DNA of 14,196 bases from Candidatus Eiseniibacteriota bacterium (GCA_034440375.1 JAWXBZ010000107.1:1-14196), one strand, 5' to 3'. Shown: positions 1 to 10,420, counted from the stretch's first letter. Translations and numbers: made by a program. Notes: a model not told the origin generated them from the letters alone.

Positions 1-1401
1 GGCTGGCAGGCCGAGCCGGCCTGGATTCGCCAGGTGCTCCACGAACGGGAAATCGAACGGGGCCTCGACGATCGCGATGATCTCGCCGCCCCGGGGCGGG
101 CCACATTGTCACTGGAGTCCGGCCGGTCGCTTGATCTCCTCGTCACGGTGGGCGAGCCCCCGGCGGGCACGCCCGACGAACTGGAAGCGGCCGAACTCGA
201 GCGCCGTCGCGCGCTGCTCAAGCCGGTGTTGCAGCGTGCGGAGTGGGTCCGCACGCTGCACCTCGCCGCCGATCAGTTCCTCGTTCGTCGCGGCGAATCG
301 CAGAAGACCATCGTGGCCGGCTATCCCTGGTTCACCGACTGGGGGCGCGATGCGATGATTTCCCTGCCCGGGCTCTGCCTGGCCACCGGGCGTCTCGATG
401 CGGCGGGGGAGATATTGTCCACTTATGCCGCCCACATCCGGAATGGGCTCCTGCCGAATCACTTTCCTGACGCCGGCGATCTCCCCGAGTACAACACGCT
501 TGATGCCAGCCTCTGGTTTTTTCAGGCCATGCGGCAGTACCTGGCCGCCGGCGGCAGCCTCGAGCGGGTGCGCCGTGATCTCTATCCCGCCGGCAGGGAG
601 ATCGTGGCCCGTTATCCGGCCGGAACCGATTACGGCATTCACGCCGATGTTGACGGGCTGATCACCTGGGCCTGGCCCAACTCGGCCCTGACCTGGATGG
701 ACGCCCGGGTCGACGACTGGGCCGTCACCCCGCGCGAGGGGAAGCCGGTGGAAATCCAGGCGCTGTGGCATGGCGCGCTGATCGAGATGTCGAGCCTGGC
801 CGAGCGCTTCAAGGACGCCGGCTCGGCGCGTGCCTGGCGAAAGGAAGCCGCGCGGGTCCGGACCTCGTTTCGCGCCGCCTTCTGGAACGAGACGCGCGGC
901 TATCTCCATGACATCATCGCCCCGGACGGCACACCCGATCCGGCCATTCGTCCCAACGCCCTGTTCGCCGTCAGCCTGCCGTACGAGTTGCTGCCGCGGA
1001 ATGACGCGCGCCGCATCGTGGCCACGGCGGGGCGGGAGCTCTACACCGGAGTCGGCCTGCGCAGCCTCGCCCGCGGCGAAGATGGCTACGCACCGGTCTA
1101 CGTCGGCGATCGCTGGCAGCGGGACGCCGCCTATCACCAGGGAACCGTGTGGGGGTGGTTGCTCGGGCCTTATCTCGAAGCACTCTGGCGTACCAGCGCC
1201 GATCGCCGATCGGCCGGGGTGGAAGTCGAGCGATTGCTGGCCATCGGGGCGCGGCATCTCATGGAGGATGGCGTCGGCAGCTGGGCCGAGATCTTCGACG
1301 CCGAGCCGCCCCATGCGCCGCGCGGGTGTCCAGCCCAGGCCTGGAGCGTGGCCGAACCGCTGCGACTGCTGGCGCTCATTGCGGGTCGACTCGGAGGCTG
1401 A
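1..1401 (+). CDS. Amylo-alpha-1,6-glucosidase / archaeal-type glycogen debranching enzyme (GDE_C, GH133-like), 5'-truncated by the window
   Basis: Frame is open from base 1 (GWQAEPAWIRQVLHERE...), so the GTG at 34 is probably internal. Family motifs: AGYPWFTDWGRD, NTLDASLW, LTWMDA, GKPVEIQALW, IRPN, AYHQGTVWGWL, AEIFD...PRGCPAQAWSVAE. Stop TGA 1399-1401. Confidence 0.92.
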   Translation, partial: GWQAEPAWIRQVLHEREIERGLDDRDDLAAPGRATLSLESGRSLDLLVTVGEPPAGTPDELEAAELERRRALLKPVLQRAEWVRTLHLAADQFLVRRGESQKTIVAGYPWFTDWGRDAMISLPGLCLATGRLDAAGEILSTYAAHIRNGLLPNHFPDAGDLPEYNTLDASLWFFQAMRQYLAAGGSLERVRRDLYPAGREIVARYPAGTDYGIHADVDGLITWAWPNSALTWMDARVDDWAVTPREGKPVEIQALWHGALIEMSSLAERFKDAGSARAWRKEAARVRTSFRAAFWNETRGYLHDIIAPDGTPDPAIRPNALFAVSLPYELLPRNDARRIVATAGRELYTGVGLRSLARGEDGYAPVYVGDRWQRDAAYHQGTVWGWLLGPYLEALWRTSADRRSAGVEVERLLAIGARHLMEDGVGSWAEIFDAEPPHAPRGCPAQAWSVAEPLRLLALIAGRLGG

Positions 1402-1422
1402 CGAGCATTGAGGCCGGGGTCC

Positions 1423-1431
1423 TGCTAGGAT
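1423..1431 (+). promoter_or_regulatory. Putative extended -10 promoter element (TGcTAGGAT) for the GH13 gene
   Basis: TGn-TAnnnT pattern in the 1402-1472 intergenic gap, about 40 nt upstream of the GTG start. No convincing -35. Confidence 0.4.
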
Positions 1432-1472
1432 TCTGCCGCCCGCGTTGCGTTTTCCACCCCCGAGGAGCCGCC

Positions 1473-3650
1473 GTGCCCCGATTCCTGTACCGCTGCCTGT
1501 CACCCGGCGGCCGGTGCCACGCCGCCCGCGTCATCCTGACCCTGTTCGTCCTCCTCGTGGCGAGCTCCGGTATCGGCCGCGCCGCGGCGCCGGACGATGC
1601 GCCGCCCAGGGCGGAGCTCTCTCCGCTCCGACCGCGGGCCGTGGCCGACGGCTGGCTATTTTCATACGTGGCTCCCATGGGCACCCGGACGGTGCACCTG
1701 GCCGGCGAGTTCAACGGCTGGAGCGGCTCGGCCTGGCCGATGACCGATGCCGATGGCGACCTGGTGTGGACGTTGACCACCCCGCTCGAAACGGGACGCA
1801 CCTACCAGTACAAGTACGTTATCAACGGCACCGAATGGGTGACTGATCCCCACGCCGAGGCGACCGATCCCAATAACTTCAACAATGGCATCCTCGTCAC
1901 CCGGCGGCCAGGAGAGCCCTGGTTCCGCTCGTTCGTGCCGGCCGACGGCGCACGGCTCACCAGCCTGTCGACGATGGCCGTGGTCATCATGCCCGAGGGG
2001 CACGCCATCCGGACCGCGAAGATCCGCCTGGCCGACTGGCTCGGGCGGCGTAGCTGGACGCTGGCCGCCGCGATCGACCCGGCCACCCACTCTGTGTCGG
2101 CACCCCTGCCGCCCGACCTGGAAGACGGCGACTGGCTGATCACGGTCGAGATCGAACTGGAGGGAGCGGCGCCGCTGTCGCGAACGATCGGCGTGACGCT
2201 CGACCGCTGGACGGGCCGCGTCGATGCTCCACCGTTCTGGGATCGGGCGGTCCTGTACGAGGCGTTCGTGCGGTCGTTCCAGGATGGCCCGGACGACGAC
2301 TCGATCGGCGACATCACCGGATTGACGCGGCGACTCGACTATCTGAACGACGGTGACCCGGCCACCACCGAGGACCTTGGGATCGACGGCATCTGGTTGA
2401 TGCCGGTCCACCCATCCCCGTCGTATCACGGCTATGACGTCACCGACTACGAGGGGATCGAGTCCGACTACGGCTCGCTGGATGACTATCGGACGTTTGT
2501 GGCCGAGGCGCACCGCCGGGGGATCCGGGTGGTGCTCGATTATGTCGCCAATCACAGCTCGAACCAGCATCCATGGTTCCTCGCTGCCAGGGGGAATCCG
2601 ACGTCTCCATACTCGTCCTGGTACAAGTTCCAGGATGCGGGCAACGAAACGTACGCCGGCTTCGCCAACATCGACGAGATGCCCGAGTTGAACTTCCGAT
2701 CGGCCGAGATGCGGGCCCGGCTCCTCCAGATGGCCCGCTTCTGGTTGGACCTGGACAACGACGGCGACTTGACGGATGGCGTGGACGGCTTTCGCTTCGA
2801 TGTGGCCAAGGGACCGCCGCACGATTTCTGGCGCGAACTCCGCCACGAGGTGAAGGGACTGCGTTCGGACTTCCTGCTGCTCGGTGAGGTTTGGGACAAC
2901 GCCGAGACGATCGGGTCGTATTTCCATGACCAGTACGACATGAATTTCGATTACCCGCTGTACTACGCCACTCTGGAATTGCTGGGGGGGAAGAAGACGC
3001 CGGCGCAATACCTTTCGGAATATGCCGCCGTTCGTCAGATCTATCCTCCCGGCGCGCAGCTTGTCCGCTTTCTCGACAATCACGACAACAACCGGATCGC
3101 CTCGGTCCTCGGCGCCAACCCGGAGCGCCAGCGGCTGGCCACGGGCCTGTTGTTCACGCTCCCCGGGACGCCGCTCATCTATTACGGCATGGAAATCGGA
3201 ATGGAGGGGATGAAGCCCGATCCCGACATCCGGCGCCCGATGCGCTGGGACCTTGTCGAGGCTCAAAACGGCGATCCGAGCTCGCTCCTGTCGTGGCACC
3301 GTGATCTGATCCGGCTGCGGCGGGAGCTGCCGGCCCTCTCCGCGCCGGACGAACCCGCCGCGCCGAGCCTGCATGCCGGTCGTGCCGACGATGCGCGACT
3401 CCTGGTCTTTGAGCGGCGGGATCCGTCGGGCGGGTTATCCGCCATGATCGTCGCCAACCCCGGTGGGGAAACGGTGCGGACGCGAATCGAGTTGGAAGGC
3501 GACCCCGGGGCGTCGGGCAAAGGCTTGTTGCGGCCCCGGCTGGTGAGCCGGGCCGCCCTCGCGGGGACCGACCTGTTGGATCAGGCGCGGGGGACGGAGG
3601 TGGAGCTGGGTCCCTGGGGGTTTGGAGTCTGGGAGCTGGTGCCCCGCTGA
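1473..3650 (+). CDS. Secreted alpha-amylase family GH13 (GH13_36/AmyA-like) with N-terminal CBM48/AMPK-type glycogen-binding domain and Ig-like linker, about 725 aa
   Basis: SD GAGGAG at 1462-1467 precedes an in-frame GTG at 1473. Signal-peptide-like ...RVILTLFVLLVASSGIGRA-AA. CBM: VHLAGEFNGW...YQYKYVINGTEWVTDP. GH13 regions: VVLDYVANH, MPELN, GFRFDVAK (nucleophile Asp), GEVW (acid/base Glu), FLDNHD. LDYLNDGDPATTEDLGIDGIWLMP..SPSYHGYDVTDY closely resembles Halothermothrix AmyA as I recall it. Confidence 0.92.
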   Translation: MPRFLYRCLSPGGRCHAARVILTLFVLLVASSGIGRAAAPDDAPPRAELSPLRPRAVADGWLFSYVAPMGTRTVHLAGEFNGWSGSAWPMTDADGDLVWTLTTPLETGRTYQYKYVINGTEWVTDPHAEATDPNNFNNGILVTRRPGEPWFRSFVPADGARLTSLSTMAVVIMPEGHAIRTAKIRLADWLGRRSWTLAAAIDPATHSVSAPLPPDLEDGDWLITVEIELEGAAPLSRTIGVTLDRWTGRVDAPPFWDRAVLYEAFVRSFQDGPDDDSIGDITGLTRRLDYLNDGDPATTEDLGIDGIWLMPVHPSPSYHGYDVTDYEGIESDYGSLDDYRTFVAEAHRRGIRVVLDYVANHSSNQHPWFLAARGNPTSPYSSWYKFQDAGNETYAGFANIDEMPELNFRSAEMRARLLQMARFWLDLDNDGDLTDGVDGFRFDVAKGPPHDFWRELRHEVKGLRSDFLLLGEVWDNAETIGSYFHDQYDMNFDYPLYYATLELLGGKKTPAQYLSEYAAVRQIYPPGAQLVRFLDNHDNNRIASVLGANPERQRLATGLLFTLPGTPLIYYGMEIGMEGMKPDPDIRRPMRWDLVEAQNGDPSSLLSWHRDLIRLRRELPALSAPDEPAAPSLHAGRADDARLLVFERRDPSGGLSAMIVANPGGETVRTRIELEGDPGASGKGLLRPRLVSRAALAGTDLLDQARGTEVELGPWGFGVWELVPR

Positions 3651-3715
3651 GCGGCCTGGCCCCCGCGCCGACCCGCCTGGCAATGTGATTTCCTGCCGAC
3701 GGGATCGGCGGCTGT

Positions 3716-3724
3716 TGCTATACT
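3716..3724 (+). promoter_or_regulatory. Putative extended -10 promoter element (TGcTATACT) for the large GH57-like gene
   Basis: Near-consensus TGn-TATACT at the start of an AT-rich patch in the 3651-3842 intergenic region. Confidence 0.55.
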
Positions 3725-3757
3725 GGTTTTAGCTTACCCATTACCAATTCAGTGACT

Positions 3758-3783
3758 TGGACCGGTCCACTGGTCACGTGACC
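3758..3783. promoter_or_regulatory. Two adjacent perfect 12-bp palindromes, candidate operator site(s)
   Basis: TGGACCGGTCCA (3758-3769) and GGTCACGTGACC (3772-3783), downstream of the predicted -10. Confidence 0.4.
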
Positions 3784-3842
3784 GGCCCCGCAGGCATCAT
3801 TCGAAACGGACACCGGCGTCACGCCTTGGAGGACCTCCGTCC

Positions 3843-6800
3843 ATGTCTCGTCCCACCCGCCGCAAACTCCTTTCTCTGGCCGTCCTGGCCAGCCCCTGTC
3901 TTCTCCTGTTGCTTCAGGTCGTCAAGCCTGGAGCGGCGCCACCGCGCGCCGAATCGGCCGCTGATCACGTGTCGGGAAATCCCGCCGCGTGGGCCCCGCT
4001 GTCACTGAAGGCGCTCGACCCGGTGTACGACGGCACAAGCGGTCGGGACTCCGAGGCCGACCTCATGGGCTTTCACGCCGACCAGACCGAGGCCGGGCTC
4101 GACCTCCGCGTCGACCTGGCCCGCCCCGGATTTCCCACGGTGGCCCGCGAAGCGCTTGATCGTCCCGATGCGGCGGTGTATGTCCTCATCGACTACGCGG
4201 ACGGCGGCAGCCAGGTGCTTCCCGACGGCCTTTCTCCCGCCGGCACCGACATCGCGTGGGATCGCGCGGTCCGTTTTCAACGGGGCGTCGATGGCCGGCT
4301 GGACGGTCATCTCCTCGGTGTGGACGCCGCGGGCAAGCCCTCGTCGCTCGCCGTGAACCTCGAACCGGGCGAGCAGGTGGCCGGAGTGGCTTTTGCCACG
4401 CGCTGGGACATGTGTGAAGCCGTGATCGACTTGGGAGCCGGCTATCGGAGGGCGGTGACCGCCGCCGCCGGTGCACCGACCTTGGCCTTTGGGCTCGTCG
4501 CGCCGAAAGCGGCCCGCGAGGAAGCCACGCCGATCCGATATCTGGTGCTGTCCACGGTAGCCGGCCGGGTGGAGGACACGATCGAAGCCACCAACGAACC
4601 GCAGAGCCCGGCCGGTGCGCACAACGTGGTGTTCGTACAGCACGGCAACCAGGGGCTGACCTACACCACGGTATTCCGCGGCGAGCGTGGCGAAAATGCG
4701 ACGTTCGACGGCGATCCCAACAACCCCGATGACGGCTTCGACGAACTGCTGGCCGCCCACGACTACTATGACGTGCCCGGTAACTTCCACATGGCCGCCA
4801 CGCTTCAGACCGCCGCCGAATGGCACGACCCGACGTTCAATGATTACCTGGTGACCGGCGTGACTCAGGGGTGGGCCCAGATGGTTACCTCGGCGTGGTC
4901 CCAGCAGATCATGCCGTTCTTCCAGTACAGCATGAACTCCTGGTCGGTCGATCGCGAGACCGACATGACGAACTTCCGTTACGGCGGCAACGCGGTGGTG
5001 GCCTGGGTGCCCGAGCGCGTCTGGCTGGACAATCCCGACAACGACGGCAACGGAACGGCCGCCAACAACGGCGTTATCGACTGGATCGGCAATGCGTTCC
5101 AGGCCAACGGCGTGCAGGCGGTAATCCTGGACGACTACATTCACTGCGGCTACAAAAACAACGCATTCGACGACCATCACATCTACACGCTCGGCAACGG
5201 CCTCAAGGTCATCCCCATCGACAATAATTTCGTCGGCGAGGTCAACTATGACTACGGCAACGCGTGGAACCGCATCATCAATTCCAGTGCCGACGAGCTG
5301 ATCGTTTACGGCAACGACTGGGAGTTCTGCGCCGAGGTCAGCCAGGGGGCAGGGAATGCCGCCGCGCTGAACAACTACATTGAGATCCTGCGCCGCTGCA
5401 ACATGAACTCGGCCACCGTCAGCGTGTGGAAGGTCAACGACACGCTGGGCGGATTCGGCGGGGGCGCCATCTCCCTGCAGAATGGCACGTACGGCCTCCT
5501 CGGCGGCTACGGCGGCTACGGCGGTGGCAACAACTTCTGGTATACCGACTGGGCCGCCTACACGGGACCCAACAATCAGGATGCCCACATGCCGAAGTGG
5601 AACTACGGGCAGATCTGGAACAACGCCTACACCAAGCTGACCGGGGTGCCGGTCAACAACATCTCCGAAGGTGCCTGGTACGTGATGATGACCAACCTGC
5701 ACGAATCCGGCTGGCATGACAACGGCGAGATATCGGGGTGGCAGCACCACTACACAAACCACATCAAGAACGCCAACGCCCACTCGGAGGCGGCACGGTG
5801 GGCCGGGGGGTTGTATGGCGCCTCGACCGGCGCCTACCTCGCCGACTTCGACGACGACGGCATCCAGGAGGCGGTCATCTACAACGACCGGCTGCTGGCC
5901 GTGTTCGAGTCGATCGGCGGCAAGCTCCAGTGGTTATTCGCCAAGGGGGTCGACTACAACTATTCGGTTGTCAGCAACGACAACGTCTACTGGGCCGACA
6001 CGGACGGGGACTACAACGAGGTCAACCACATCGCCGGCCTCTCGGACGTGTCGGTGGCCGGCATCGACCGCGAGCACGACCTGTACGGCCTGTCGGTCGT
6101 GACCGGCGCCGGGAGCACGGTCGAACTCAAGTTGACGCATGCCGCCGTGCAGAAGCGGATCCGGTTGACGCTTGGCCAGCCCTATCTCGATGTCATCTAC
6201 AACACGTTCGGCGAACGGGCCTACGTCAAATCGGCCTTCACGCCCGACCTGGTCGACCTGACCTGGAACGCCACCATGGACCGGATCTGGGATCCGGACG
6301 GACTGTCGAACAACGGCGGCTACTTCGGTTTCAAAAACCCGCGCACCAACGCCACCGGCGCGGTGGTGGTCGGCGGCACCAACGGCGTCGGCGGTGCCGG
6401 GGCCGTACACAACCTCGAGTACAGCCTGACGCTCCTGAAGGGTGACGAGCTGTACGGTGACGGCGCCTTCGAACTCTACGTGTATGGCGGATTCACCTCG
6501 GCGCCCAACGCGCAGGGACACATCCCCGAGCTGTTGGCGCTGCGCAACCAGCTGGTGGACCAGCTCGGGCCCGACCCGGTGCGCGCGTCGTACTACCCGA
6601 CGCCGAACCGCCTCTCGATCCGCTTCAACCAGGTGACGAAGTACGACAACGTCATCCGCACGAAGATCAAGTTCGATGACGACAACGACGGCGTGGCCGA
6701 CGTCACCCTGAGCGCCGCGGATGTGGTCAGCTCGGTTGTCAACGGCGTCACCATCGACCTGCAGCTGTCCGCCGCCGCCGCCGCTGCAATCGAAGCCTTG

Positions 6801-7958
6801 AATCCCTCCGCCATCGAGTTGATGCTCGACTCAGGCGCGGTGACCGATCCACTGAACAATCCGAACCTGCTCGTGACGCATCTCGACAACAAGCCGGTGA
6901 CGTTCGAAGCGGCCACCAAGGTGGCCATCGACGGCCGCATCGACCCGGTGGAGTGGGTGCCGGATTCGCGTATCGTTGACGACCCCGACAACGACAGCCA
7001 GTGGAGCAGCGCCAACGAGCTCGACGCCCTCCACGTGTGCTGGGACGCCTCGTATCTTTACGTTGGTATCGACGGCCAGGTCAGCGGCAATTCGTGGATC
7101 CTGTACATCGACACCGACTGGAATGGCGGCAACGGCGTTGCCAACCTGACGGCCATCAACTCGTGGGAGCGGGGCGCCACCTTCACCGGGGCCGGTTTCA
7201 AGCCGGACCTCCAGTGGGGCACCTACCAGCACCAGGGGCCGTTCGACAGCTCCTCGCTCTTCAAGATCACCGGCGCGACGACGAGCAATGACCTGTCGAG
7301 CCTGGCCGTCTTCGGGCGGGATTCGAACCACACGTACGGCACGCAGTCGGGCACCGAGATTGCCATTCCCTGGGACGCCATCTATGGCCTCGGGCCGAAT
7401 CAGTGTCCGCCCGGCACGCAACTCGCCTTCGTGGCCTCCATCTGCTACGACCCGGAACCAACCGGCGAACTCGGCGGCGATGTCATGCCGAACAACCCGG
7501 TCGGCACGAACCTGCCGACCATCGGCTCGTACTACAAGTTGTATGTCGACCTGGATGGCAACGGTGTCCCGGACCCGAACGTGCTGCCCGTCGGCACGCC
7601 CGACGACGCCCAGGCGCCGATTGGCGCGCGCCCGGTCATTACGCGCGCCTGGCCCAATCCGTTCAATCCGATCACGCGGATCGCCTACGTCGTGCCCCGC
7701 ACCGGTTTGACCACGCCAAGGGAAGGCGATGTGTGGCCGGCCTCCGACGCCCCGGTGCCCGTGCGCCTGTCAGTGTTCGACGTGCGCGGCCGCGAGGTAG
7801 CCCGGCTGATCGATGGCGTGGTCCTCCCAGGCAGGTACGAAACGACCTGGGACGGCCGTTCCACCGATGGTGCATCCTTGCCGTCGGGCGTCTACTTCGC
7901 CCGACTCACGGCCGCAGGCGTGGCGGCCGAGCCCGTCAAGGTGACGATCGCGAAGTAG
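3843..7958 (+). CDS. Large exported multidomain GH57-like glycoside hydrolase/transglycosylase with DOMON/CBM9-like modules and C-terminal FlgD-Ig/T9SS-type-A-like domain, 1371 aa
   Basis: SD GGAGGA at 3828-3833. N-terminus TRRKLL plus a hydrophobic stretch. GH57 region equivalents in the correct order: QHGNQ, GWAQMV, WVPERVW (Glu391), YGNDWE (Asp492), NLHESGWH. DFDDDGIQEAVIYNDRLLAVFESIGG resembles the start of the beta-sandwich of GH57 4-alpha-glucanotransferases. AIDGRID..EW..LHVCWDASYLYVGIDG is DOMON/CBM9-like. C-terminus: WPNPFNP...VFDVRGREV...WDG...LPSGVYFARL. Confidence 0.75.
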   Translation: MSRPTRRKLLSLAVLASPCLLLLLQVVKPGAAPPRAESAADHVSGNPAAWAPLSLKALDPVYDGTSGRDSEADLMGFHADQTEAGLDLRVDLARPGFPTVAREALDRPDAAVYVLIDYADGGSQVLPDGLSPAGTDIAWDRAVRFQRGVDGRLDGHLLGVDAAGKPSSLAVNLEPGEQVAGVAFATRWDMCEAVIDLGAGYRRAVTAAAGAPTLAFGLVAPKAAREEATPIRYLVLSTVAGRVEDTIEATNEPQSPAGAHNVVFVQHGNQGLTYTTVFRGERGENATFDGDPNNPDDGFDELLAAHDYYDVPGNFHMAATLQTAAEWHDPTFNDYLVTGVTQGWAQMVTSAWSQQIMPFFQYSMNSWSVDRETDMTNFRYGGNAVVAWVPERVWLDNPDNDGNGTAANNGVIDWIGNAFQANGVQAVILDDYIHCGYKNNAFDDHHIYTLGNGLKVIPIDNNFVGEVNYDYGNAWNRIINSSADELIVYGNDWEFCAEVSQGAGNAAALNNYIEILRRCNMNSATVSVWKVNDTLGGFGGGAISLQNGTYGLLGGYGGYGGGNNFWYTDWAAYTGPNNQDAHMPKWNYGQIWNNAYTKLTGVPVNNISEGAWYVMMTNLHESGWHDNGEISGWQHHYTNHIKNANAHSEAARWAGGLYGASTGAYLADFDDDGIQEAVIYNDRLLAVFESIGGKLQWLFAKGVDYNYSVVSNDNVYWADTDGDYNEVNHIAGLSDVSVAGIDREHDLYGLSVVTGAGSTVELKLTHAAVQKRIRLTLGQPYLDVIYNTFGERAYVKSAFTPDLVDLTWNATMDRIWDPDGLSNNGGYFGFKNPRTNATGAVVVGGTNGVGGAGAVHNLEYSLTLLKGDELYGDGAFELYVYGGFTSAPNAQGHIPELLALRNQLVDQLGPDPVRASYYPTPNRLSIRFNQVTKYDNVIRTKIKFDDDNDGVADVTLSAADVVSSVVNGVTIDLQLSAAAAAAIEALNPSAIELMLDSGAVTDPLNNPNLLVTHLDNKPVTFEAATKVAIDGRIDPVEWVPDSRIVDDPDNDSQWSSANELDALHVCWDASYLYVGIDGQVSGNSWILYIDTDWNGGNGVANLTAINSWERGATFTGAGFKPDLQWGTYQHQGPFDSSSLFKITGATTSNDLSSLAVFGRDSNHTYGTQSGTEIAIPWDAIYGLGPNQCPPGTQLAFVASICYDPEPTGELGGDVMPNNPVGTNLPTIGSYYKLYVDLDGNGVPDPNVLPVGTPDDAQAPIGARPVITRAWPNPFNPITRIAYVVPRTGLTTPREGDVWPASDAPVPVRLSVFDVRGREVARLIDGVVLPGRYETTWDGRSTDGASLPSGVYFARLTAAGVAAEPVKVTIAK

Positions 7959-7996
7959 GATGAGCCGACGGGGTCTCCCGGGACAGTCGTCGACTC

Positions 7997-8024
7997 CTGA
8001 CGTGACTCCGGGTTGACGTACAAT
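7997..8024 (+). promoter_or_regulatory. Putative sigma70-type promoter (CTGACG-N16-TACAAT) driving a leaderless kinase mRNA
   Basis: TACAAT at 8019-8024 ends 7 nt before ATG 8032, and no SD is visible. Confidence 0.55.
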
Positions 8025-8031
8025 GCCCCGC

Positions 8032-10356
<2,325 letters not shown>

Positions 10357-10387
10357 GTTGGGCTCCCGGCTCCGGAGGCGCCACCCG

Positions 10388-10420
10388 GCATCGTGATGCT
10401 CGTAGATCGTATGCTAAGAT
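10388..10420 (+). promoter_or_regulatory. vapBC promoter/operator: inverted repeat GCATC-GT-GATGC plus extended -10 TGcTAAGAT
   Basis: Inverted repeat at 10388-10399. TAAGAT at 10415-10420 ends 6 nt before the vapB ATG at 10427. Confidence 0.6.

Noticed and set aside
1149-1472. ORF-track start of the amylase at 1149 (833 aa)
   Set aside because: It overlaps the debrancher by about 250 nt with non-protein-like sequence. SD, GTG and signal peptide support 1473.
3790-3825. GGCA...CATTCGAAA...GGAC resembling a c-di-GMP-I riboswitch
   Set aside because: It lacks the GCAAA elements and the paired P2 stem around GAAA.
109-5783. Long minus-strand ORFs 109-1503, 1662-3374 and 4002-5783
   Set aside because: Antisense shadows of real genes in high-GC DNA, with no recognisable motifs.
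7959-8020. Short repeats GACTCC/TGACGT and a weak hairpin after the GH57-like gene
   Set aside because: Too short and imperfect to call an operator or terminator, and there is no U-tract.
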